Assembly: GCA_963676615.1 (NCBI GenBank) | Contig: OY781092.1 | Location: 288,001-352,000, forward strand | DNA length: 64,000 bases | Direction of reading: 5' to 3' | Source of the DNA: Candidatus Cloacimonadota bacterium | GTDB lineage: Bacteria; Cloacimonadota; Cloacimonadia; G963667145 | Part shown: positions 50,776 to 59,636 of the stretch, one piece after another | Layout: every line of letters starts with the position of its first letter | How positions within the stretch are numbered: position 1 is the first letter of the stretch | Notes under the pieces: model-generated | What the model was told of the DNA's origin: nothing | The model's input: only the letters and a program-made list of their open reading frames with translations | The model's database searches: none | Translations under genes and position numbers: made by a program

Positions 50776-51649
50776 TAAACGAGCCTACGACGCGGCTATG
50801 AAGACTTATTATCGCGTGTTGCTGAACGCGTGGGATTTGCAGGCGAAAAAGGCGGCTAGAGCGGCGATTAAGATGCTGTCGGATATGCCGAAAAATCGCA
50901 AGTTTAGCGAAAAAGATGTGTTGCTGTTGGGCTTGCAAATAGATCAGCAACTCGGCGCGGATTTCGCGGCAAGGGTGCAAGAGGCGAGCAAAGGCTACAT
51001 CGGGCGCTGTTACGATTATGGTTTGGGCGATGCTGGCGGACGATTGCGGATAAAAGTCGGCAGGTGGAATGCGGAAGATGCGGGGCTGGTGAGCCAAATC
51101 GAGCGGCACAATTTGTTTTGGATAGGCAATCACTACGGTTCGGATGTCAAAAGTGGTCTTGAGAAAAATTTGAAAGATTTTGTGAACAAGGGGCTGACAA
51201 AGGAGCAGATGGCGACGGCTCTGGCAAAGGAATTTGCTGGAGTAAAAGACAAGGGGAAAGCGTATTGGCAGGGGTTGGCGGAGCACACGGCGCTGAAGAC
51301 GGCGGAGTTTAGCAGGATACAGCAATATAGCAGAGCTGGTGTAAAGGGTTACAGATTGTTGATTGTGTTGGATGAGAAGACAAGCCCGATTTGCCAGGCG
51401 TTGCGTCGGCAGCACGGCAAGACTGTTTTTGGAGTGCAGAAAGCGCGCGAAGTTGTGGACGCGTGCCTAGACACGAATTTTAAGAGCTTAAAAGAGGCGA
51501 GGGCGCATTTGCAGAGGCTGACGCCGTTTGTAAGCGAAAAACAAGTAGAAAAAGATGAAAATGACAAACCTGCTGGAATTGTGGGGGAAACGAGTTTGTT
51601 TCCGCCGTTCCACTGGAAGTGCAGAACTTCCACAGTTCCAGTAGTTTAG
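50768..51649 (+). CDS. Mu gpF / SPP1 gp7-like head morphogenesis protein
   Basis: LDEKTSPIC...PPFHWKCR motifs. Confidence 0.82.
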   Translation: MVSKRAYDAAMKTYYRVLLNAWDLQAKKAARAAIKMLSDMPKNRKFSEKDVLLLGLQIDQQLGADFAARVQEASKGYIGRCYDYGLGDAGGRLRIKVGRWNAEDAGLVSQIERHNLFWIGNHYGSDVKSGLEKNLKDFVNKGLTKEQMATALAKEFAGVKDKGKAYWQGLAEHTALKTAEFSRIQQYSRAGVKGYRLLIVLDEKTSPICQALRRQHGKTVFGVQKAREVVDACLDTNFKSLKEARAHLQRLTPFVSEKQVEKDENDKPAGIVGETSLFPPFHWKCRTSTVPVV

Positions 51650-51658
51650 GAGGTAAAG

Positions 51659-53935
51659 TTGAGTGAGATATATCACACTTATACGGTAGAAAGAAAAGTT
51701 GTGGTTGATGGAGAGACGAAACAAGCAACTGGGTTGAGTTTGGGTTTGCGAAGCGTTGAAAACGAAAACGATTTTTATCCGATGCAAGAGACAGCTGCAG
51801 GTATTTATAAGGTTGAGAATGTGCCTGAGGGGGCGTATCTTTTGCGCAATACGGGTGAACACACCACAGACGCGAAGATGGTTGTGATAGGTAATAGGTG
51901 GCTGGGGCAGATGCCAGATCACGAATTTAGTAGTGTTAATCTTCGTTTTCAAAAGCCAGACGGCAGTTGGGGAGAGTGGTTTACAATTAAAGGAGAAAAA
52001 GGGGATAAAGGGGATGATGGGATTGATGGACAGCGAGGTTCTCCAGGTGCAGATGGTATAGACGGGAAAGATGGAAAAATGCCTTGGCACGAGGTAAAAT
52101 GGGATAATAGCGCAATTCGCTGGCAAAATCCAGATGGATGGGGGGAATGGGTTCAAACTAAAGGAGATAAAGGTGATCCTGGCGAAAAAGGAGACAAGGG
52201 AGACAAAGGCGACAATGGTCTAGACGGGGCTGTTGGTGCGAAAGGAGATAAAGGAGACACTGGGGACAAGGGGGATGTTCCAGACCATATTATAACTGGC
52301 ACTTATATAAAGTTTCAAAAGCCTGATGGTAGTTGGGGTCCGAGAATTGAAGTTAAGGGTGATAGAGGGGAACGGGGCTATGCTGGTGTAACTGGAGCAA
52401 AAGGTGACAAAGGTGACAAAGGTGACAAAGGCGACAAAGGCGACCCTGGCGAGGAAGGTGCAAAGGGTGAGAGAGGCGAGAGGGGGTATGACGGTATGGC
52501 TGGCAAGCCTGGTGCAAAGGGAGAAAAGGGAGACCAAGGTCCAATAGGGGGGTATCCAGACCATAAAGTAGAAGGGAGTTTATTGTATTTTAAGCGTCCT
52601 AGTGGCAATTGGGGTTTGCCTATTAATCTAAAAGGCGATAAGGGCGATAAGGGAGACAAAGGCGACAAGGGTGATATGCCAAAAATAGGTATGTCTGGGC
52701 ATAGTATCTATTATCAGTTGCCAGATGGGACATATTCGCGGCCTGTGAATATCAAGGGTGATAAGGGTGATAAGGGGGATAAAGGAGGTCCGCCAGATGT
52801 TTTTTGCGACGATACTTGTATTTGGTTCGAAAATAGCGATGGAAATTTTACAACTATGCAAGTCAAAGGGGATAAGGGAGACACTGGTGCTAAAGGAGAA
52901 AAAGGAGATGTTGGGGCAACTGGTGCAAAGGGGGTAAAGGGCGACAAAGGCGAAAAAGGAGATCTTGGCGAGAAAGGCGAAAAGGGCGACAAAGGCGAAA
53001 AAGGCGACAAAGGCGAAAAAGGAGATCCTGGCGAGAAAGGCGAAAAGGGCGAAAAAGGGGATACTGGTGATGGTGCTGGAGGGAGCATTGAAACAGAGAC
53101 AATTGTAACTGTCTCGGGGACGGTTCAAGGTGATTTTGACACACTGAATGATGCCCTGGCATATATGTCTAAACGGTATCCTGCATACACGGGTTCTAGC
53201 TTTGATTGTAAAATTTTACTTCTGAGTGGATTCGAATTGCGAGAGCAAATTTGTCTCAGGAATATAGATTTGAGTTGGTTAGTCCTTGAAGCTGAAGATG
53301 ATAAGGTTTTAGTTTCAGACGACTTTGTTCAAGAGTGTGCCGCGCTAGAAGATTACAAAAAAAAAGGAGTGTTTGTTTTTGAGAATTGCCAAGGGTTTAA
53401 GATTAAAACTTGGTTAAGATTGAAAATTGGCGGTGTTTTTAGTAGCTTTATATATTGTGACAACAGTAAGGTTATTATAGAAAATGGCGGAATTTCCAGT
53501 TTGGACATAGGCATCTATGCAAGTAATTCGAACATTGTTATAAATGAAAGCACTCTCTATATCGAGGGGCTTTCTTTTAATAGCAACAGCTTCGTTACAA
53601 TAAAGGACAGTTGTATTGATGTCGGCTATGCAACTGTGCCTCATTTTTTTGTCACGAGCAGTTCAGCAGTAGCAGATAATTGTTCTTTCGACGGCGGCAT
53701 TAAGATAGAAGAAGGAGGGAAAATGTCAATACGGGACTCAACTGTCGGGAATTCTTTTACTAGCATACTTGTAAGTGCTAGCGAATTGTATGCATTGCGT
53801 TTAGAGGCAACATCATCGGAAGGAGTTAGGATAGAGAAGGGCGGAATAGCTAGATTAGTCAGCTTTACGGGGAAAGCGGTGAAAACTGTCGATTCTCCCC
53901 TTGGTGAGGAAGTAGGCTTTATTTACAAAAGTTAA
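51659..53935 (+). CDS. Collagen-like fibre protein with C-terminal beta-helix-like domain
   Basis: GDK/GEK triplet runs separated by six FQKPDGSWG-type modules. Confidence 0.8.
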   Translation: MSEIYHTYTVERKVVVDGETKQATGLSLGLRSVENENDFYPMQETAAGIYKVENVPEGAYLLRNTGEHTTDAKMVVIGNRWLGQMPDHEFSSVNLRFQKPDGSWGEWFTIKGEKGDKGDDGIDGQRGSPGADGIDGKDGKMPWHEVKWDNSAIRWQNPDGWGEWVQTKGDKGDPGEKGDKGDKGDNGLDGAVGAKGDKGDTGDKGDVPDHIITGTYIKFQKPDGSWGPRIEVKGDRGERGYAGVTGAKGDKGDKGDKGDKGDPGEEGAKGERGERGYDGMAGKPGAKGEKGDQGPIGGYPDHKVEGSLLYFKRPSGNWGLPINLKGDKGDKGDKGDKGDMPKIGMSGHSIYYQLPDGTYSRPVNIKGDKGDKGDKGGPPDVFCDDTCIWFENSDGNFTTMQVKGDKGDTGAKGEKGDVGATGAKGVKGDKGEKGDLGEKGEKGDKGEKGDKGEKGDPGEKGEKGEKGDTGDGAGGSIETETIVTVSGTVQGDFDTLNDALAYMSKRYPAYTGSSFDCKILLLSGFELREQICLRNIDLSWLVLEAEDDKVLVSDDFVQECAALEDYKKKGVFVFENCQGFKIKTWLRLKIGGVFSSFIYCDNSKVIIENGGISSLDIGIYASNSNIVINESTLYIEGLSFNSNSFVTIKDSCIDVGYATVPHFFVTSSSAVADNCSFDGGIKIEEGGKMSIRDSTVGNSFTSILVSASELYALRLEATSSEGVRIEKGGIARLVSFTGKAVKTVDSPLGEEVGFIYKS

Positions 53936-53953
53936 ATTAAAAGGGAGTAAAAA

Positions 53954-54220
53954 ATGGAAAATCCAATAATTGCAAATTGCGCCGAAGGCGCTTGGACGCT
54001 AGTGGCGGGTAATTTAGTTAAAGGTGATGTGCATACACTCGGAGACGCTAAGGTGTCTTATTTTATTACATACAGAAAAGTTGGAGACCCTGCGCCAGCT
54101 GGCACAAGCGAGCTCGTGCAGATGGAAAAACACAACAGCGTAAACAAGGAAGAGGGTTTGGATGTGTATGTTTATTGCGCTAGCGGTGCGGGGAAAGTGG
54201 CGGTGTGGCGCTGGCAATAG
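53954..54220 (+). CDS. Hypothetical virion-associated protein
   Basis: GGGAG RBS; within the late block. Confidence 0.55.
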   Translation: MENPIIANCAEGAWTLVAGNLVKGDVHTLGDAKVSYFITYRKVGDPAPAGTSELVQMEKHNSVNKEEGLDVYVYCASGAGKVAVWRWQ

Positions 54221-54228
54221 GGGGTAAA

Positions 54229-54987
54229 ATGGGGAAGATGTTTATTGGAGATCAGTTTGGTTCGAATACAAGCGGGGCTGGAAATAGCTCAACAACGCCA
54301 GATGCAAGCGGCGGCTGTCCGATTTTGTTTTTTATTAAGACTGGCAAAAGAGCGACGGGCGATTTTTCGACTACGGACGAGCTTGGCTATCACTATCACG
54401 AAAATTGGACACGGGCGATGTTGGATATTTCCCTTGGCAACGACGCTGTAAATAAGGCACAGCGGGGCGTTTGGGAAAGTCCGAGGCTGGTTGAAAATGT
54501 CGGCAACTTTTGGACAAATACAGATATGCGGATGATACACTACAAACACGATTCGACGAATTTCCCCGATACTGCTGTTATTTTATTAGCTTTAAAAAAT
54601 ACAACTAACGCTGAAATTGTTAAAAGTTTTGTGCAGTTTGGATCGAACAACAGCTCTCTTTGCGGGAAGATGAGCGCGAACTTGCTGTCGCCGAATGTGG
54701 ATTGCACAGCGCTGGATTGGACGAATTTGAGCTATTACACGGTTGCTGGCGGAACGAGGTCGCAAGAGGTTTTTGTGCCGATTGCAGCAGGGCAGACGGT
54801 GTTGGTCGAGCTGAATTGCCCTGCCTACTGCTCGGCGACCTACGGCAGTTTGTATGAGATGCTACTCGCGATTGGCATCGAGGGCGGCGATACGATTTGC
54901 ACAGACGGCGTTTTGGCAGATTTGGCGATGTTGCAGGCGATAAAAAACAAAGCGGTGAGCGACCCGCTGGATTTGTGGAGGTTGTGA
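54229..54987 (+). CDS. Hypothetical protein
   Basis: About 250 aa ORF in the late block. Confidence 0.6.
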   Translation: MGKMFIGDQFGSNTSGAGNSSTTPDASGGCPILFFIKTGKRATGDFSTTDELGYHYHENWTRAMLDISLGNDAVNKAQRGVWESPRLVENVGNFWTNTDMRMIHYKHDSTNFPDTAVILLALKNTTNAEIVKSFVQFGSNNSSLCGKMSANLLSPNVDCTALDWTNLSYYTVAGGTRSQEVFVPIAAGQTVLVELNCPAYCSATYGSLYEMLLAIGIEGGDTICTDGVLADLAMLQAIKNKAVSDPLDLWRL

Positions 54988-55157
54988 TGGAGATGAAGAG
55001 GTTTCTGATTTTTGAGAAAAATGAAGACGGACAATGGGAAGAGGTTGGCGTAAAGCTAGCACCTGCAAAGCCGAAAGAAAGCGACGCGCTAAGATATGAA
55101 GAGGTTGATCTCGACTATGTGATGAAGATCGAGGAGGACGACAATGGCGGACATTGA
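54987..55157 (+). CDS. Hypothetical protein
   Basis: GGAGG RBS; TGATG coupling. Confidence 0.5.
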   Translation: MEMKRFLIFEKNEDGQWEEVGVKLAPAKPKESDALRYEEVDLDYVMKIEEDDNGGH

Positions 55158-55434
55158 TACGAAATTTGAATTGTTGATGAAAGATTTGAACACGCTTGTG
55201 GCAGACCAAAATAAGTTGTTGAAACGGTTTGAGAAAAACGACGAAAAGACGAACAAGATTTTTACTGTGCTGTTGGGTGTAGGTGGAAAATGCGGGCTTT
55301 TGGAAGATTTGGCGACGATGAAGCGGGAGATGTCGGATGTAAAAATTTTTAAGCACAAGCTGATTGGCTATGTTGGCGGAGCGTATGCGTTGCTTGGGTT
55401 GATAGCGATTTTAGTGCGATTGGGGGTGTTGTAA
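55144..55434 (+). CDS. Coiled-coil protein with C-terminal TM (lysis-associated, XhlA-like architecture)
   Basis: Coiled coil plus hydrophobic C-terminus, directly before the lysis gene. Confidence 0.5.
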   Translation: MADIDTKFELLMKDLNTLVADQNKLLKRFEKNDEKTNKIFTVLLGVGGKCGLLEDLATMKREMSDVKIFKHKLIGYVGGAYALLGLIAILVRLGVL

Positions 55435-56270
55435 TGTTTGGATTTTTAGGGAAAATTTTGGGTGGCAAGACGGTCGAAAAAGGGCTGGATTTGGCAGACA
55501 AGGTGTTTTATACAGAGCAAGAAAAGGCGCACACAGACTTGGAGTTAGCTAAGGCGTATGGGCAGAATAGCCCCGCCAGCTCAAAGGCTCGCAGGTTTAT
55601 GATGTATTTGTTTTGTGTTCCGTTTATGCTGTGCTTTTTGACGGGGTTTGTGCATTTGCTACTCGGCAATTCTGCAGAGATAAACAACATAATAAACTAT
55701 GTAAATCTCTGGAATTTGCCCGCGCTGGTGGGAGGTATTTTGCTGTTTTACTTCGGAAGGCAAGCGATGGCAGAGGCGCAGAGCAACAAACGAATTGCGA
55801 ATTTGGCGTTGTTGAAAAAGGAAGAGGCGAAGATTGCCGATTTGCCGAAAAGCAAAAACGACAAAGTGCTGGAAAATATGATTAAGAAGCACGAGGGGCT
55901 AAGGCTAAAGCCGTATCGATGCACGGCTGGAAAATTGACTGTCGGAATTGGGCGCAATCTGGACGATAGGGGTATAAGCGAAGACGAGGCTAACTACTTG
56001 CTTCAAAACGATATAACACTCTGCAAAATCGATTTAGACGAGAATGTTGGCTGGTGGCGCAAACTGAACAAAAATAGGCAAAGAGTGCTGATAGATATGT
56101 GTTTCAATCTCGGGATTGCGCGTCTTTTGCAGTTCAAGAAGTTTTTGCAATTTTTGCAGAAAGGTGAGTGGGAAAAGGCGTCAAGCGAGATGCTGGACAG
56201 CAGATGGGCGAAGCAAGTCGGAGTGAGAGCCGACGAATTAAGCAGAATTGTTGAAACGGGGGGCTTATGA
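55434..56270 (+). CDS. Fused holin-like membrane domain and lysozyme (GH24-like)
   Basis: N-terminal DLADKVFYTEQEKA, two TMs and FYFGR; C-terminal KHEGLRLKPYRCTAGKLTVGIGRNL...DMCFNLG...MLDSRWAKQVG. Confidence 0.82.
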   Translation: MFGFLGKILGGKTVEKGLDLADKVFYTEQEKAHTDLELAKAYGQNSPASSKARRFMMYLFCVPFMLCFLTGFVHLLLGNSAEINNIINYVNLWNLPALVGGILLFYFGRQAMAEAQSNKRIANLALLKKEEAKIADLPKSKNDKVLENMIKKHEGLRLKPYRCTAGKLTVGIGRNLDDRGISEDEANYLLQNDITLCKIDLDENVGWWRKLNKNRQRVLIDMCFNLGIARLLQFKKFLQFLQKGEWEKASSEMLDSRWAKQVGVRADELSRIVETGGL

Positions 56271-56716
56271 TACCAGTTAGCACGGAAACGCTTAAAAAAA
56301 CGCTAAATTTGGAAGCGGTCGAAAACGATGTTTTGTTTGAAAAACACAAGTTGTCGATTTTGGCTGAGATTACACGGATTACAGAGCAAGAACACTACAA
56401 TCGAGCGCTCTCGGATGCGGACGAGAACGAAACAAGAGCCGCCGCGTTCGAGCTCGCATATTGTTATTTGATGTTTGCGCAGGTAGCAGATTTATTGAAT
56501 TTAGGCGCGTCGGACAAGGGGTTTGTGAGCACGATTGGGTTTGACTCGGACAGGGTTAGTTTGCTTTCAGTTGAGCAAATTTCAGCGCTGCAAAGCAAGC
56601 ACAAAAAGAGCGCATTTAAGGCTCTTTTGCCGTATTTGAATGCGGCTGGTAGAGCCGAATATCGCCGCCAGAATGGTGAAATAAAGGGGCAGCAGTGTCG
56701 AGTCGCAGTCGTGTAG
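56267..56716 (+). CDS. Possible head-tail adaptor
   Basis: Helical 149 aa ORF before a neck-like gene; function is a guess. Confidence 0.4.
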   Translation: MIPVSTETLKKTLNLEAVENDVLFEKHKLSILAEITRITEQEHYNRALSDADENETRAAAFELAYCYLMFAQVADLLNLGASDKGFVSTIGFDSDRVSLLSVEQISALQSKHKKSAFKALLPYLNAAGRAEYRRQNGEIKGQQCRVAVV

Positions 56717-57195
56717 CTGACAAGGATTTAGAGCCGATTTTTGCGGATATTTATAGAGCTGTAGAAGACGCAATCCGCAGGCGGTTGGAGTTGATAGGTG
56801 TAGCGCTAGACGGCAAAGCTAGGACGCTTGCAAGAGATGAGCAAATTCGAGACAAGGGCGATTTTATCGCGCATATGGGCTACAGCATCCGCAAAGATAG
56901 CAAGGGGTTTTTGCTGCAAATAGGATCGAATGCGGCGCACGCAGATTATGTGCTAGGCGGCAAAGTGCCAAGTCCGACGCCGCTAAAACCGCTCATCAGC
57001 TGGGTTGAGCGTAAAAAGTTGAGCTGGGTAGATAAGAAGACGAAAAAAGAGCTGACGGTCAAGCAGATAGCGCGTTTGGTGCAGCACAAGATTTACAAGA
57101 AAGGGATAAAGGCGCGCAATATTTACGCCGAAGTTTTAAAAAATCAAGAGAGTTGGATTTTTAGCCAGCTGATCAAAATAGGAGAGGGGAAATGA
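56695..57195 (+). CDS. HK97 gp10 / Mu gpG-like neck protein
   Basis: IGSNAAHADYV..G, LISWVERK, KGIKARN pattern. Confidence 0.6.
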   Translation: MSSRSRVADKDLEPIFADIYRAVEDAIRRRLELIGVALDGKARTLARDEQIRDKGDFIAHMGYSIRKDSKGFLLQIGSNAAHADYVLGGKVPSPTPLKPLISWVERKKLSWVDKKTKKELTVKQIARLVQHKIYKKGIKARNIYAEVLKNQESWIFSQLIKIGEGK

Positions 57196-57950
57196 AGAGT
57201 CCGCTAGCGTATGTGGGAGGCAAGAGCAAGCTTGCCAAGACGATAATCGAGATGCTGCCAGAGCACAAAACCTATTGCGAGTGTTTTGCAGGCGCTGGCT
57301 GGGTATTTTTCAAAAAAGAGCCGATAAAGGCTGAGCGTCTGAACGACTTGGATAGCGATTTAGTGAGCTTTTATAGGGTGTTGCAAAATCATCCAGAAGA
57401 GTTTTTGCGTCAGTTTAAGTATATGCTAGCCAGCCGAGAGCTGTGGCAGGATGCAGGACGCCAGCTGGACGCAGGCGGACTTACAGATATTCAAAGAGCC
57501 GCACGCTATTATTACAGGATGCGGCTTGCGTTTGGCGGACGAGTTACAGGGCAGGCATTTGGTGCAAGTGTGGACGGTTTGCCGAGGTTTAATCTGTTAA
57601 GGATAGAAGAGGAACTGACGGCTGTCCATCTAAGGCTGGCGCAGGTTGTTATCGAAAACCTGCCATACGACAAGTTTATCGCCAAATACGACCGACCAGA
57701 GACTTTCTTTTTTGCCGACCCGCCATATTACAAAGCGCCGTATTACAAGCATAATTTAGTGTTAGAAGATTATGAAGCGATGCGGGCGAATTTGGAGCAG
57801 GTGAAAGGGAAGTTTTTGCTGACTATTAACGATTGCGACGAGATGCGGGAAGTGTTTAAGCAGTTCAAAATAAAGTCAGTTTCGCTCAGTTATTCTTTGT
57901 GCAAAGAGAAAAGCACAGTCGGCAAAGAGCTGATAATAACCAACTATTAA
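57192..57950 (+). CDS. D12-class N6-adenine DNA methyltransferase
   Basis: YVGGKSKLA, ECFAGAG, DPPY, ELIITNY. Confidence 0.93.
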   Translation: MKSPLAYVGGKSKLAKTIIEMLPEHKTYCECFAGAGWVFFKKEPIKAERLNDLDSDLVSFYRVLQNHPEEFLRQFKYMLASRELWQDAGRQLDAGGLTDIQRAARYYYRMRLAFGGRVTGQAFGASVDGLPRFNLLRIEEELTAVHLRLAQVVIENLPYDKFIAKYDRPETFFFADPPYYKAPYYKHNLVLEDYEAMRANLEQVKGKFLLTINDCDEMREVFKQFKIKSVSLSYSLCKEKSTVGKELIITNY

Positions 57951-57965
57951 AGCGTTTCATTACGC

Positions 57966-57996
57966 AAAAAAGAGCCTCGAAAGAGGCTCTTTTTTT
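57966..57996 (+). terminator. Terminator at the end of the right late operon
   Basis: AAAAAAGAGCCTC-GAAA-GAGGCTCTTTTTTT. Confidence 0.9.
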
Positions 57997-58000
57997 ATGT

Positions 58001-58096
58001 GTTTGTCGTCTCAAAAGTCAAACGACAAAAGCGTGAAAATCACAGAAAAACGACAAAGCGCTGAAAACGAAACGACAAAGCGAGTGACGAGCTATA
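58001..58096. repeat. Right end: putative transposase-binding sites
   Basis: AAACGACAAA at 58020, 58048 and 58070 (last two 22 bp apart); one inverted copy at 58001. Confidence 0.82.
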
Positions 58097-58321
58097 CTGG
58101 AAGCTTGGGAAGAAATTAAGAAAATGAGTGAAGATTATTAGTTTATTTTATACCAAGCTATTATTTTCGGCTTTGATGGAAATGTTATGCTACCCGAGAC
58201 TGTTTTATATACTATACCTATTTACGATCCTGTCTGGGCAACAGGACAATATAAAAGCTACTTCAATAAATACGAAGTTACCAATTTAGAATTTTTTAGA
58301 AAAAACTTGGAGGAAAAATGA
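58097..58321 (+). pseudogene. 3' remnant of an unknown gene
   Basis: One frame reads LEAWEEIKKMSEDY*FILYQ...RKNLEEK* with one internal TAG and ends in an ATGA overlap with the next gene. Confidence 0.4.
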
Positions 58322-58743
58322 AGCCTAAAATCACCTTAATCGAAACGATGGAAGAGTATGTTAACTATTTGAAAGACGAAAACAACAAATATTTGCACAA
58401 AGATAGAAGTTTGAGACATGTTAAACCTTACATCGATGGAGACTATCTTATCGGCTATGATAGCGACGGGGCTGTATATTTGCTAGACAAACAAACTAAA
58501 GAAGTCGCAAAACAAATAGAGCTCGACTCTTTCACTTTGTTTGAGAGAGACACTAACAGGCCTGATATGGGAGAAAAAATTTTAGAAGCTGTTAAAAAAG
58601 AGAATTTTGCAAAAGGGCTCCCAATATGTTATATGATTGGTGATACCATTGTAGACGAATATTCAGATGGAAGGATTGTGGAACAAATTGAAACTGAGAA
58701 AGGATTTATTGATGGAAAGATTTTGAGAGAAGGGGAAAAATAA
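58318..58743 (+). CDS. Hypothetical protein, probable partner of the zeta-like ATPase
   Basis: GGAGG RBS; C-terminal AKGLPICY...DGRIV resembles small genes found next to zeta-like ATPases. Confidence 0.55.
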   Translation: MKPKITLIETMEEYVNYLKDENNKYLHKDRSLRHVKPYIDGDYLIGYDSDGAVYLLDKQTKEVAKQIELDSFTLFERDTNRPDMGEKILEAVKKENFAKGLPICYMIGDTIVDEYSDGRIVEQIETEKGFIDGKILREGEK

Positions 58744-58744
58744 A

Positions 58745-59315
58745 ATGAAAATATTCGTCGTCGTTGGAGGACCAAACGGAAGCGGCAAAACAACTATTAC
58801 AGAAAGAAATGAAAAAAAAGATGGTATAACTTATTTGAATCCTGACGAAATCCAAAAACAAATAGCAACGGGCAACACAGAGGCAGATATTGTGAAAGCT
58901 GGAAGGCTAACCCTAGAAAAAGCTAACGATTTGTTAGAAAAAGGCGAGTCAATTTTGATAGAGTCCACTCTTTCAGGAAAAGCCCACCTAAAATTACTCA
59001 AGAAAGCTAAAGATTTAGGCTATAAAACAAGAATAGACTTTGTTTGTTTACAATCCGCAGATTAATGTTAAAAGAGTAAGTGAACGAGTAAAAAATGGTG
59101 GTCACAATGTTCCAGAAGCAGATATAAAACGCCGCTACAAAAAGGCCTTAGAGATGCTGCCAAAATACCTCAAGCTCGCAGACTCTTTTCGATTATACGA
59201 CAATACCGTCACACACACAAAAGTGCTGCACATCATAAAAGGAAAGCGTAAGGATAAAATTGTCACTCTTAGCAAAAAACTTCCCAAATGGGCTGAGAAA
59301 AGTGTTAGAAGTTAA
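58745..59315 (+). pseudogene. Zeta-toxin-like P-loop protein split by a frameshift
   Basis: GGPNGSGKTT...ESTLSG in one frame; RVSERVKNGGHNVPEADIKRRY...YDNT in another; break near 59062. Confidence 0.8.
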
Positions 59316-59322
59316 AATATAA

Positions 59323-59633
59323 AGAAAGCAGGCTCGACGAGGAAATTGTGCAGATTTTGACGGGCAAAGATATCAGCCAAGTTGACGCTATCCAAGGAGG
59401 AGAGGCACTCGCAAATTTTATCGAGTTTATAAAGAAGAACAAAGACAAGTTCAGCTTCTTTGCAAAGATTTTCGGGTTCAAAAAGGCAAAGCAGGAGCAA
59501 AGTATCTCTGGGAACGGTTCGAAAAAAAATGCCTAGATTTTGGGCTGACAAGACAGGACTTCAAGGAGATGAGTCTTGTGGAAGTTTACACCTATTGGTG
59601 CTTGGAATATGAGAAAGAAAGGGAAATGGCGAA
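59323..59633 (+). repeat. 311-bp near-identical copy of prophage 35349-35659
   Basis: Manual alignment: 9 substitutions, no indels. Confidence 0.92.
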
Positions 59634-59636
59634 AGG

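Larger units (their letters stand above)
30716..58096 (+). mobile_element. Transposable (Mu-like) prophage, about 27.4 kb, probably with a non-contractile tail
   Basis: DDE transposase, AAA partner, repressor, terminase, portal, capsid, tape measure, lysis and MTase genes; clusters of AAAYGACAAAG sites at both ends; no sheath or baseplate recognised. Confidence 0.88.

Noticed and set aside
51990..53070. Tandem 9-bp repeats as CRISPR or VNTR
   Set aside because: Explained by in-frame Gly-Asp/Glu-Lys collagen codons.
59323..59633. DGR template/variable repeat pair with 35349-35659
   Set aside because: Differences are not adenine-specific and no RT is present.
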